DNA from: Candidatus Multivorans sp.
GTDB lineage: Bacteria; Acidobacteriota; Thermoanaerobaculia; Multivoradales; Multivoraceae
Length of the DNA stretch: 64,000 bases
Direction: 5' to 3'
Assembly (NCBI GenBank): GCA_965224025.1
Contig: OZ245033.1
Coordinates: forward strand, 4,032,001 to 4,096,000
In this document: piece by piece, positions 30,790 to 41,524 of the stretch
How positions within the stretch are numbered: the first letter of the stretch is position 1
Layout of the letters: each line of letters opens with the position of its first letter
Translations under genes and position numbers: made by a program
Notes under the pieces: generated by a model
What the model was told of the DNA's origin: nothing
The model's database searches: none
What the model saw: only the letters and a program-made list of their open reading frames with translations

Positions 30790-33072
30790 ATGACCAGGAA
30801 CACCAACAACCCGAGCCGACGGCGACGCTGGCGCCGCATGCGACCGGCGGCCCTGCCCGCCGGCCTTCTGGGCTGCGCGCTCTTCGTGCCGATCGGGAAT
30901 CCGGCCGGCGCCCAGGATCCGGCCGCCCTGGAACAACCCTCAGCCGCGGTCCCGGATGATCCGATCGCCGCCATTTCCGGTATCTGGATTCGCGACGAAC
31001 GGCTGAGCGAGAACCCGATCGAGAAGCTCGAGGAGACCTACGGCCAGACCTTCGGCGGCGGCCCCGGACGCTCCCGCGGCGCAACGCCGGGCAGCGGCCC
31101 CGCCGGCGGCTTCGGCACCGGCGGCCAGGCCGGCTTCGGCCCCGGGCGCGGCGGACGCGGCAGCGGCCCGGGCGGCACCCAGGACGGCCCGTCGACGATG
31201 CGGGAGATGGCGCGGGAACTCGCAGAGCGGCTCGACGTGCTCCTGATCCGGATCGACGACCCCCAGGTCCTCATCCGCAACGCGAAGCGAGAAGACCGCA
31301 TCCTCTTCCTCGACGGACGCGACATCGCCGATGGTTTCGGCGGTCGCAGCCGGGCTCGACTCCTGGGCGACTCGCTCGAAGTGGAGACCTCTTCCCTGGG
31401 CCGGCAACGGATCGAGACCTTCTACCTGGAAGGCGATCAACTCGTGCTCGTGACCGACCTGCAGGGCGGCCGCTTCGCCGACCTCTCCTTCCGAACCGTG
31501 TATGAGCGTTCCGGCGACGCTCCCCCGCCTCCGGCGCCCACGACCACGGCGCGTGCGGCCGCCGCCAGCCCCGAACCAGATGACGACGGCTTCAACAAGG
31601 CGGACTACCTGCCGCCGGTGAGAGGCACCGCGGACCGGCGGACCCAACGTACCGACACCACTCGCAGCGCCCGGCCGGCGACCATCCGCATCCTGCCGCC
31701 CGAGAAGGGTCACCGGGAACTCCTGAGCGGCCGGGTGCTGATCCAGACGCTGACGATCGATCCGCAGATCGCCGTAGTCGAGTTCCTGCTGGACGGCGAG
31801 GAAGCAGGCCGCTCGAACCGGCCACCCTTCGAGGCCCGAATCGAACTCGCCGACCCGCCGCGCGAACACACGATCGAAGTCAAGGCCTACGGAGCCCGCG
31901 GCGCGTACGCGGGCAGCGACAGGATCGTGCTGAACCGCCTCGATCCTCCGTTCGCGGTACGGATCGCGGGAATCAGCCCCTCCCCTGGGGCAGGCAAACA
32001 GGCGGTAATGGTCGAAGCCGGCATCTCGGTCCCTCGCGCCGAGACCCTGGAACGAGTCGAGATCTACCGCACGGAACAGCTCGTCGCGGCCTTCGACGAC
32101 TTCGAAGGAGAGGCCGGGCCAAGCGGAGTCCGCAACGTCAGCGCCGACGTGCCCACCTCCGGCGTCTCGCCCCAGGACTTCGTCCGCGTGGTGGCGCGCC
32201 TCGGCGACGGCCGTGAACTCGAGGATGTCGAACTGCTCCAGAACGCGGAGTTCAGCAGCGAGATCGATGTCCAGCTCGTCCAGTTGCAGGTTCTGATCGT
32301 CGACCGCGGCGGCAACCCGGTCGCCGGCCTCCGGCCCGAGGATTTCGAGGTCCGCGAGGACGGCGAGCCCCGCCAGGTGGACAAGCTCTACGTCTCGAAC
32401 GACGTGCCGCTCTCCCTGGGTCTGGCCATCGACTCCTCCGGCAGCATGGAGCCCATCTGGCGCCAGACGAACGTGGTCGCCGGGGCGTTCTTCAACGGAG
32501 CGCTGACCGGGCGGGACCAGGCGTTCCTGGTCGATTTCGACTCCACGTTGCGCCTCGTGCAACCGCTGACGGGCAGCAAGCCGCTTCTGGCGCGCGGTCT
32601 CGATCGCCTCTACCCCCAGGGCAACACCGCTCTCTACGACGCCATTCTGTTCTCGCTGCTTCAGTACGGCGACGCGCCGGGCCGGCGAGCCCTGGTCGTC
32701 GTCACCGACGGCTTCGACTCGGACAGCCGCGCCGATCCCACCCGGACGATCGATTTCGGCAAGCGCCTCGGCGTCCCCGTCTATGTCGTCGCCATGCGCT
32801 CGCTCGGCTTCGGCCCGACGACGATGGAGGACGCGAACCTGCGCAACAGCATGCGCCTGATCACGGGGGCCACGGGCGGCCGCCTGTTCCAGATCGAGTC
32901 GATCGACCAGATGGCCAACGTGTTCGACCACATCGAGGAGGAGCTTCGCCGCCAGTACGTGCTGACCTACTACAGCGAACGCCCAATCGGCAGTGCCGTG
33001 GAACCCGACGTGCGCGTGAAACGGAAGGGGCTCAAGGTGCGGAGCGCCCTGCCGCTCGATGCGATCGAGTAG
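30790..33072 (+). CDS. Secreted Ig-like + VWFA-related (acidobacterial type) domain protein, intact paralog 1
   Basis: Signal peptide, Gly-rich linker, VEFLLDG..PPF Ig-like domain, GL.PEDFEVREDG, MIDAS IDSSGSM, TALYDAI, RRALVVVTDG, TGGR, ELRRQYVLTYY. Confidence 0.85.
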   Translation: MTRNTNNPSRRRRWRRMRPAALPAGLLGCALFVPIGNPAGAQDPAALEQPSAAVPDDPIAAISGIWIRDERLSENPIEKLEETYGQTFGGGPGRSRGATPGSGPAGGFGTGGQAGFGPGRGGRGSGPGGTQDGPSTMREMARELAERLDVLLIRIDDPQVLIRNAKREDRILFLDGRDIADGFGGRSRARLLGDSLEVETSSLGRQRIETFYLEGDQLVLVTDLQGGRFADLSFRTVYERSGDAPPPPAPTTTARAAAASPEPDDDGFNKADYLPPVRGTADRRTQRTDTTRSARPATIRILPPEKGHRELLSGRVLIQTLTIDPQIAVVEFLLDGEEAGRSNRPPFEARIELADPPREHTIEVKAYGARGAYAGSDRIVLNRLDPPFAVRIAGISPSPGAGKQAVMVEAGISVPRAETLERVEIYRTEQLVAAFDDFEGEAGPSGVRNVSADVPTSGVSPQDFVRVVARLGDGRELEDVELLQNAEFSSEIDVQLVQLQVLIVDRGGNPVAGLRPEDFEVREDGEPRQVDKLYVSNDVPLSLGLAIDSSGSMEPIWRQTNVVAGAFFNGALTGRDQAFLVDFDSTLRLVQPLTGSKPLLARGLDRLYPQGNTALYDAILFSLLQYGDAPGRRALVVVTDGFDSDSRADPTRTIDFGKRLGVPVYVVAMRSLGFGPTTMEDANLRNSMRLITGATGGRLFQIESIDQMANVFDHIEEELRRQYVLTYYSERPIGSAVEPDVRVKRKGLKVRSALPLDAIE

Positions 33073-33093
33073 CCCGACCGGTTAGCGACGCCA

Positions 33094-34220
33094 GTGAACA
33101 CCGGCCCTCGACGTCTGGCTGACGGACCCTGGACCGTTGCCACCCTCGCTCCGGTCCTGGTCCTGGGGCTGGCGGCCCTCGAACGGATCCACGCTCAGGA
33201 TCATGGCGCCGCAGACCCTTCGACAACTGGCGCCGTCCTTGCCGCCGGCGTGCTGGGGCCCTGGATCCTGAACGAAGAACTCAGCGAGAACCCGGTGCTC
33301 AGGGCCGGGCAGGCGGGTTCCGGCGACACGCTCTCGATCGAAACCGTCGCGAAGGAGTGGCTCGGAGTCGACACGTTCGTCGGTGAGCAAGACCAACTGG
33401 TGCGCACCACCGACCTGCGAAGCCGCGGACTGGCCAATGTCGGGGTGAGGTTCCGCACAGTCTACGATCGCCCGGCGGTCGACTCGGCATCGGACCATCC
33501 ATTCGTCGACACGGCGGGCGGCTTCGCCCGGCCGGCGACCATCCTCATCGTGCCGCCGGAACGCGGCTACCGCCAGTTGCTCAGCGGCAGGGTCGGGTTC
33601 CAGATGCTGGTCATCGATCCGGCGGTTGCCGCCGTCGAGTACCGCCTCGACGGTCGCCCCCGAAGCGGATCAGGCAGCCACGCCATCGTACGTACATCGA
33701 ACTCCACGATCCGCCACGCGAGCAGACGCTCAAGGTCTTCGCGTACGACGCCCAACACGAACTCCTGGGCGCCGACGGGATCGGAGCGTGCGGCAATCCG
33801 CCTCGTGCGGCGAACTTCCTCGACGTGACGTTGGCGCCAGCCGACAGGGCTTTTCTGGTCGACTTCGACGACACGGTGAGCCTGCGGCAGCCACTCACCC
33901 AGGACAAGGCGCTGCTCCTGCGGGGCATCGATCGACTCATCCCCTTCGGCGGCACCGCGATCAACGACGGGATCCTGTTCTCGCTCCTGCAGTACGGGCG
34001 TGAGCCCGGCCGCCGCGCCCTCGTGGTGGTGACGGACGGTGACGACGAGCACAGCCGCTCACGGCCCGAACAGTCCGCGGACTACGCGGCGCGTCTCGGC
34101 CTGCCGATCTACTTCATCGAACTCGACCCGACCGCCACGCGGACCGAGGCGAAAGACGGCTGGGTTGTTACCGATGTCTCAGCGGCGTTGCGGCGCAAGA
34201 AGGCACGGAAACGACTCGAG
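33094..34220 (+). pseudogene. VWA paralog 2, internally deleted and frameshifted
   Basis: GPWILNEELSENP, RPATILIVPPERGYRQLLSGRV, then AFLVDFDD..GGTAINDGILFSLLQYG..RRALVVVTDG in another frame. Confidence 0.8.
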
Positions 34221-34895
34221 CCCGGCGAAGGTCATCAGGGCGATCGTCCCCGCCGTCGTTGCCTGGACACTCTTGCTGACCACCGTCGGCCCGGTCGCCG
34301 CCCAGAACGCACCGGCCACCAGCTACGTCGTCCAAGGCGGCTCCACACCCGAAGCCGACCCCGCGCTGGCCCACCTCCTGGGGCCGTGGATACGAAATGA
34401 CTCGCTCAGCGAGGATGCAGTACTCAAGAACGAGAGCATGTGGCGCAGCCCGGAGGTCGTCGCGCCCGCCATGCGGGACATCGCCAGCAGCGCGGCCGCG
34501 CGCCTCGGCGCCGTCGAGATTCGCCTCGACGGCGAGCACGTCCTGTTCAGGACGCCAGAGACGAATTCGCCGAGCGCCTAGGCCTGCCAATCTGCTTCAT
34601 CCAACTCGACCCAAGCGGGCTACGGTTCAAGAACGCAAGCCTTGCGCCATCGGCATCGCCCGGCCCGCGGCTCCGCCGGATCAGCCGCAAGACCGGCGGG
34701 CGGCTGTTCACGATCGAACTCTCGCCCGACACGGCGGCCTGGACGGCGAAAGTCCGGGCGGCGTTCGACAACGATCTGAGGCGCCAATACGTACTCACCT
34801 ACTACAGCAACCAACCGCCTGGCGCCGCTATCGCGCCGGATGTCCGGGTGGCCCGGCGTGGACTCACGCTGCGAAGCGCCGTGCCGCTCGAGTAG
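34221..34895 (+). pseudogene. VWA paralog 3, only N- and C-terminal remnants
   Basis: Signal-like stretch, GPWIRNDSLSED, then TGGRLF..DLRRQYVLTYYS..LRSAVPLE*. Confidence 0.75.
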
Positions 34896-34926
34896 ACGGC
34901 ATGAGAGTCCTCCCGTGAGAGTCGCC

Positions 34927-36994
34927 ATGCCATTCCGAACCAGCCCTATCGTTCCGACCGTCATCGCGCTGACGGTCTGGTGCTCCAGCGCGCAACCCAC
35001 AAGCGCCCACGAGGGTCGTGGCCAGGAAGAGCAGATTCTCGAAACGGAAGGTCCTCCCGGCAACCTGCGCGGTCCGTGGATGAGGAACGCAGAGCTCAGC
35101 GAAGATCCCATCGCGAGAATCGCGAGCGTCTGGCCCGAACCGGAACTGGTTCCGCGAGTCCTGCGGGAATCCACGGAGGGCCTCGACGACCGTCTCGCTA
35201 CGGTTCTGATCAAGTTCAGCGGGGACTTGCTCACCGTGCTGGACGGCCGGGGCGAATTCAGGTCCTTCAGCCCGGAGGAAGTGGGAGACCGGCTACGGCG
35301 CCGCCTCCGTTCGGCTTCCCCGTACGCGACGTTGACGGGCGACGGCTTCCGAATCGAGAGATACATCGTCGGGTGGACCTGGAGCGACGACTTCACGCGG
35401 CAGGGCGACCAGCTCGTCCGGACGACCACGATTCTGGGCGGCTCGGCGCGCACGCTGGACATCCGAACGGTGTACAACCCGGTGGGAGACGAGCATCCCG
35501 CCGCCCGGGCAGCAGGTATTGCGAATCCATCCGCGCGGGCTGCTGTGATCCGTATCCTGCCGCCTGGGCGCGAGTACCGCGAACTCCTGAGCGGTCGTGT
35601 CGAGATCCGGACCCTGGTCACCCATCCGGGCATCCGAACGGTCGAGTTCCTGCTGGACGGCACGCCGGCGCAGCGGAAACGACGGCGGCCCTTCAGGGCC
35701 CGGCTCGACCTGGCGGACCCGCCGCGTGAGCAAACGCTTGAAGTCCGCGCCTACGATGCGGAAGGTCGGTTAGCCGCCGGCGACAGAATGATCCTGAACC
35801 GGATCGAGACACCCTTCGGGGTCCGCATCACCGCGCTTCGGGGCGAGGAAGTGGATGGGGAACCCGCGGTTCGGGTCGCGGCCGATGTCTCGCTGCCGCG
35901 GGCCGCGGTTCTTGAGAGCGTGGACTTCTACCGCAGCGAAGACCTGCTGGTGGGGCGGGGCGACTTCCACTCAGGGCCCAATGCGGGTGCGACCCGCGCC
36001 ATCTCGGTCGAGGCGCTGGTCAGGAACGTGTCGGCGAGCGATTTCGTCAGGGTAAGGGCCAGGCTGGCCGATGGCCGCGAGCTGGAAGACGCGCAGCTCC
36101 TCCAGGGCGCCGACTACCAGGACGAGATCGATGTCCAATTGGTCCAGCTTCAGGTACTCGTCGTGGATGACAGGGGCAGTCCGGTCTCGCGCCTGGAGCC
36201 GGACGACTTCGAGATACGTGAGGGTGGCGCGAGGCTGTCTGTCGAGGCCCTCTACACCGCGACCGACGTCCCCCTGGCGCTTGGGTTTGCGCTCGACTCA
36301 TCGGAGAGCATGCTTCCGATCTGGCGCCAGTTGAAGTACGCGGCGACGAGCTTCCTCGACGAGACCCTGACGCACAGGGACAGGGCCTTCCTGGTCGACT
36401 TCGATCAGTCGGTACGGCTGCTGCAACCCCTGACCGGCAACAAAGGCCTACTCGCACGCTGGCTGGACCAGGTCACACCCTGGGGAGGAACAGCCCTGAG
36501 CGACGGTCTCCTCTTCTCGCTCCTGCAATACGAAACGAACCGGGCCGCCGTGCCCTGGTCATGGTCACGGACGGCGCCGACCTGCACAGCCGCAAAGGGC
36601 CGGAAGACCCCGCCGACTTCGCGCGGCGGTTGGGGCTTCCGATTTACTTCGTGGAGATGAACAACCCGCTCACGAAGCTCGTGAACGGTCCGAACGGCGG
36701 AACCCTGACCAGCCGCAATACCCACTCGCAGGCTCGCAAACGGATCCGCCGGATCAGTGAAGAGACGGGAGGCCGTCATTTCGCCATCGACTCGCCATCG
36801 ACCCTCTCGCCGACGACCCGCCCTGGACCGAACGGATCAAGCAGGTCTTCGACCAGATCGAGGAAGACCTGCGTCATCAGCACGTGCTGACGTACTACAG
36901 CAGCCAGCCGCGCGCCCCGATCAGACCCGAGGTTCGGGTCACATAGCCTGGGCTCAAGCTGCGCAGCGCGGTGCCGCTCGAGGCCATCGAGTAA
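34927..36994 (+). pseudogene. VWA paralog 4, nearly full length with frameshifts and in-frame TAG
   Basis: GPWMRNAELSEDP, Ig-like domain, LDSSESM; frameshifts near 36535 and 36815; TAG at 36944 before LKLRSAVPLEAIE*. Confidence 0.8.
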
Positions 36995-37018
36995 CGCCGG
37001 CCGGGGGGGAGGCCGCGC

Positions 37019-37265
37019 CTACTGGCCGCCGGTGGCCGCCGCCTCCCGCTCCTGGGCGCGGGCGCCGGAGAGGATGTTCGTCAGGCCGTAGTTGCCCTCG
37101 TGGCACGCGTACTCGAAGATCGGGTCCTCGGTGCGGGCGAGCCGGATCATCATCGTCCAGGGCCGGACCCAGGTTGCTTCGTCCTCGTAGCTGATCTGCC
37201 ACTCGATCACGTCGGGCCCGGAGCGGGTGAAGCGCTCAACCACAGTAAGGCCCTCGGTCGCCCCC
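37019..37265 (-). pseudogene. 3' remnant of ..FEYACHEGNY.. family protein
   Basis: VVERFTR..WQISYEDE..WVRPWT..IFEYACHEGNYGLTNILSGAR; paralog of 22044-22592. Confidence 0.7.
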
Positions 37266-37289
37266 GATCTGGAACTACCCTCCGCGCGG

Positions 37290-39064
37290 ACTCGAGATGG
37301 CGATGGCGTGCCACTTCCGCGTGGCCGACCCGAGCGCGCGCCTGGGCCTGCCCGAAGTCAAGCTCGGCATCCTGCCAGGCGGCGGCGGCACCCAGCGGCT
37401 GCCCCGCCTGGTCGGCGTACCGAGGGCGCTCGAGATGATCACGAGCGGCGAGCACATCACCGCCGCGGAGGCGCTCGATCTGGGATTGATCGACGCCGTG
37501 GTCGACAGCGAACAGGAAGGCGGGCTCGAAGCCGGCGCGATCCGTTTCGTCCTGCGCGCCGTAGCGGAGGGCCGCGGCCTGCCCCGGGTTCGGGATATCG
37601 AGAGCCACCGCGACGCGGTGCGCAAGAACCCGGGTATCTTCGACGACTTCCGGCGCCGTATTGCACGCAGAACGCGGGGGTTCAACGCCCCCGGGGTCTG
37701 CATTCAGTGCGTCGAGGCGGCGGCCGCGCTGCCGTTCGACGATGGACTCAAGCGCGAGGCCGATCTCTCGCGGAAGCTCCACGCGGACCCGCAGTCGCGG
37801 GCACAGCGCTACTACTTCTTCGCCGAGCGCGCGGCGCGCAAGATTCCGGACATTCCGGCGGACACGCCGGTTCGGGAGATTGCCAAGGTCGGCGTGCTGG
37901 GCGCCGGCACGATGGGCGGCGGCATCTCGATGGCCTTCGCCAACGCCGGCCTGCCGGTTCAGGTCGTCGAGCAGAGCCGCGAGGCGCTCGCCCGCGGTCT
38001 GGCCACGGTGCGGCGTAACTACGACCGCAGCGCCTCTCGCGGACGGTTTACCCAAGACGAGGTCGAGGAACGGATGGGCCTTCTCCGGGGCGGCACGGAC
38101 CGGGACGCGCTCGCCGAATGCCATCTGGTGATCGAGGCGGTATTCGAGGACATGGAGCTGAAGAAGAAGGTGTTCGCGGGACTCGACCGGATCGTCAGGC
38201 CGGGCGCGCTGCTGGCAACGAACACCTCGTACCTCGACGTCAACGAGATCGCCGCCCAGACGGAACGGCCCGAGGACGTGGTCGGCATGCACTTCTTCAG
38301 CCCCGCGAACGTCATGAAGCTGGTCGAGGTCGTGCGCGGCGAGAAGTCCGCGCCGAACGCGATCGCGACCGCGATGTCGATCTCCCGGACGATCGGCAAG
38401 GTGCCGGTCCTGGTCGGCGTCTGCCACGGCTTCGTCGGCAACCGGATGCTCTTCCAGCGCCGCCTGCAGGCGGACCGCCTCGTGCTCGAAGGGGCACTGC
38501 CCTGGGACATCGATCGGGTGCTCTACGACTTCGGCATGCCGATGGGTCCGTTCCGGATGAGCGATCTGGCCGGGCTCGACGTGGGCTGGAACGCGGCGAC
38601 CTCGTCGTCGAGCACCTTGCGCGAGATGCTCTGCGAGCGCGACCGGCGCGGCCAGAAGACCGGCCGCGGCTACTACGTCTACGACGCCGCCACCCGCGCC
38701 GCGGCGCCGGACCCGGAGGTCATGGATCTGGCCCGCGAACTCGCGGACCGGCTCGGCATCGAACAGCGCGAGATCGACGACGAGGAGATCCTGAACCGCT
38801 GCCTGCTCTCCTCCGTCAACGAAGGAGCGAAGATCCCTCGAAGAAGGCATCGCCGTCCGCGCCAGCGACATCGACGTCATCTGGATCAACGGCTACGGCT
38901 GGCCCGTCTACCGGGGCGGCCCAATGTTCTGGGCCGACGAGTTCGGCCTCGACAACATCACAGGCATCCTCGACGACTACGCCGCCCGCTTCGACCCCGA
39001 CCAGTGGCGGGCGGCGCCGCTGCTCCGCGAGACGGCCGCCGCCGGCGGGCGGCTGAGCGGCTAG
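37290..39064 (+). pseudogene. Enoyl-CoA hydratase/3-hydroxyacyl-CoA dehydrogenase, 5'-truncated and frameshifted
   Basis: Starts mid-hydratase at [30 protein letters not shown]; [27 protein letters not shown]; extra base near 38835 before [23 protein letters not shown]. Confidence 0.88.
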
Positions 39065-39095
39065 CGCCGCGGCGGCGGGCTCACCCGACCGTCTT

Positions 39096-39255
39096 GGGTC
39101 AGGAGGGGTCGGCTCGCAGCTGGCGTTCGCGCTCGAGAGGAGATGTGAGGAGTTGCGCTCACTCCGCTTCACTCGCTCCGGTTCCGTTTCTTTCAGTGCA
39201 ACGTCGTCAAGCGTCGCTCGTTCAGAGGCACCTGCGAGCCGACCCCTCCTGACCC
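39096..39255. repeat. 160-bp element bounded by perfect 24-bp inverted repeats (MITE-like/foldback)
   Basis: GGGTCAGGAGGGGTCGGCTCGCAG (39096-39119) and exact reverse complement (39232-39255). Confidence 0.8.
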
Positions 39256-39438
39256 GACCGGGCTGAAGGTCGGTGCCGGGAGTGCTGACTCTCAAGGCAA
39301 AGCACCGAGTTGTCTCTTTGGGGGCCGCGTCGGACGTCGCTCGCTTCGAGCCCGCTGGGTCCCTTACCCCTCAGAGGCCCTGCGCAGGCTGGACGGTGTC
39401 GGCGGACCGAGGCGAGACTTCGCTGCTACTGTCCCCCG

Positions 39439-41524
39439 ATGCTTGGCCAGAGGCGTTGTCGGGATCTGAGGTGGCTACCGGTCGGGCTGACGTTGGCGCT
39501 GGGCGTCGCGACTTCGGCGCAGGAGCCTGCAGACACCGACTGGTCGGTCGTTACCGGCAACAACGCGAGTCAGCGGTACGCGCCGCTTGAGCAGATCGAT
39601 CGGGACAACTTCGGAGAGCTCGAGGTCGCCTGGCGATGGTCGTCGCCGGACAATGAGTTGATGACCGGGGATGGTGGAACTAGCGGGCGGCGCATGGTGC
39701 CACGGAACCATGAGGCGATTCCGATCAAGGTGGGTGACCGGCTCTATGTGACGACCGGCTACGGGCAGATCGCGGCGATCGATATCGAGCAGGGGAAGAG
39801 CTCCTGGACCTACGACCCGCAGGCCTATGTTCACGGCCGGCCGACGAATCTCGGCTTCACGCACCGGGGCGCCGCGTACTGGAAGGACCCGGACCTGCCC
39901 GGCGAAGGCGGCCGGCTGGTGTGGGCTGGAGGCGACTCCTTCCTGCGTGCAGTGGACACGCTGAGCGGCGAACCGATCGAGTCGTTCGGAGACGGCGGCG
40001 GGGTCGACCTGACCCTCGGTCTGCACCGCGAGGTGTCGCGCCGGGTCTACAGCGTGAGCTCGCCGGCCACGCTGTGCCGGGACGTGGTGATCGTCGGTTC
40101 CTCGATCTCGGATGGTCCGCGCGCGCCGGAGGCGCCGCCGGGGGACGTGCGCGGATTCGATGTCCGCACCGGCGAGCAGCTCTGGACGTTCCACTCGATC
40201 CCGCAGGAAGGGGAGCCCGGGCGCGATACGTGGGAGACCGGTTCGTGGAAGGTCAGCGGCAACACGAATGTGTGGACCCTGATGAGCGCCGACTCGGAGC
40301 TAGGGCTCGCCTACCTGCCGTTCGGCACGCCGACCAACGACTGGTACGGCGGACACCGCCTGGGCGACAACCTCTACGCCGAGTCGCTCGTCGCCGTCGA
40401 CTGCGAGACCGGGGAGCGGCGCTGGCACTTCCAGACGGTCCACCACGGCCTGTGGGACTACGACCTGCCGACTCCGGCGATCATCGGCGACATCGAGGTC
40501 GAGGGCCGCTCGATCCGCGCCGCAATGCAGCTCTCGAAGCAGGGCTTCCTCTACGTCTTCGACGCCCGCACCGGCGAAGACGTATGGCCGATCCTGGAGC
40601 GCGAGGTGCCGCAGACCGGCATCGTCGGCGAGCGGACGTCGCCGACCCAGCCCTTCCCCACTAGGCCGCCGGCCTTCGAACGCCAGGGCATCGGCCCGGA
40701 CGATCTGATCGACTTCACGCCGGAACTGCGCAGCGAAGCGCGGGCCATCCTCTCGCGCTACCAGTACGGCCCGATCTTCACGCCGCCCACGGAACGCGGC
40801 ACGTTTCTGATGCCCGGCTATGGCGGCGGCGCGAGCTGGCCCGGCGGCGCCTTCGACCCGGAGACGGGCATGCTCTACGTGCCGTCCTTCACCTGGCCCG
40901 TGGTCAACACGCTCCGCAAGCCGGACGCGAGCCGCTCGTCCTTCGACGACGTCGGCCGCATCAACAGCGATGTCCGCGGACCGCGCGACCTGCCCCTGGT
41001 CAAGCCGCCCTACTCCCGGATCACCGCCTACGAGTTGAACCGCGGCGAGGTCGCCTGGACCGTGCCTCTCGGCTACGGCCCGCGCCGGCATCCGGATCTT
41101 GCCGCGCTCGACCTGCCGCCGCTCGGTTCCGGCGCCCGCGGCCACGTCGTGGCGACGAAGACACTCCTGTTCGTGACCTCCGGCCGGTCGCTCGCCTCCC
41201 GCGGGATCGACCGGGAGGCCACGGCCGAGGGCGCGGGACGCGACGACTGGCGCGTCGAGACCCCGGCGCTGCGTGCGTTTCGACAAGGCGACCGGCGAAC
41301 TCGTCGGCGAAATCGAGTTGCCCGCGCACACCGACGGCAGTCCGGTCACCTTCCTGCATCGCGGCCGGCAGTACCTGGTGTTCGCGCTCGGCGGACGAGG
41401 AGCGCCGTTCGAGCTGATCGCCTACCGGCTGCCGGTCTGGCCCGCTCGCGCCCTGGCAACCGCTCCGGGCACACCGCATCGCGGCCAACAAGACCGAAGA
41501 GAAGCACGAGGAGAATCAAGATGA
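39439..41524 (+). CDS. PQQ-dependent glucose-dehydrogenase-like quinoprotein (frameshift near 41280)
   Basis: SQRYAPLEQID..LEVAWRW, PPGDVRGFDVRTG, GNTNVW, GDNLYAESLVA, FQTVHHGLWDYD, PTQPFP, KPPYSRITA; C-terminus FDKATGE..GSPVTF..GRQY in shifted frame. Confidence 0.85.

Noticed and set aside
21536-36946. In-frame TAGs (21536, 36944) as possible amber recoding
   Set aside because: groES, groEL and other intact genes end normally at TAG; both cases lie in decaying loci
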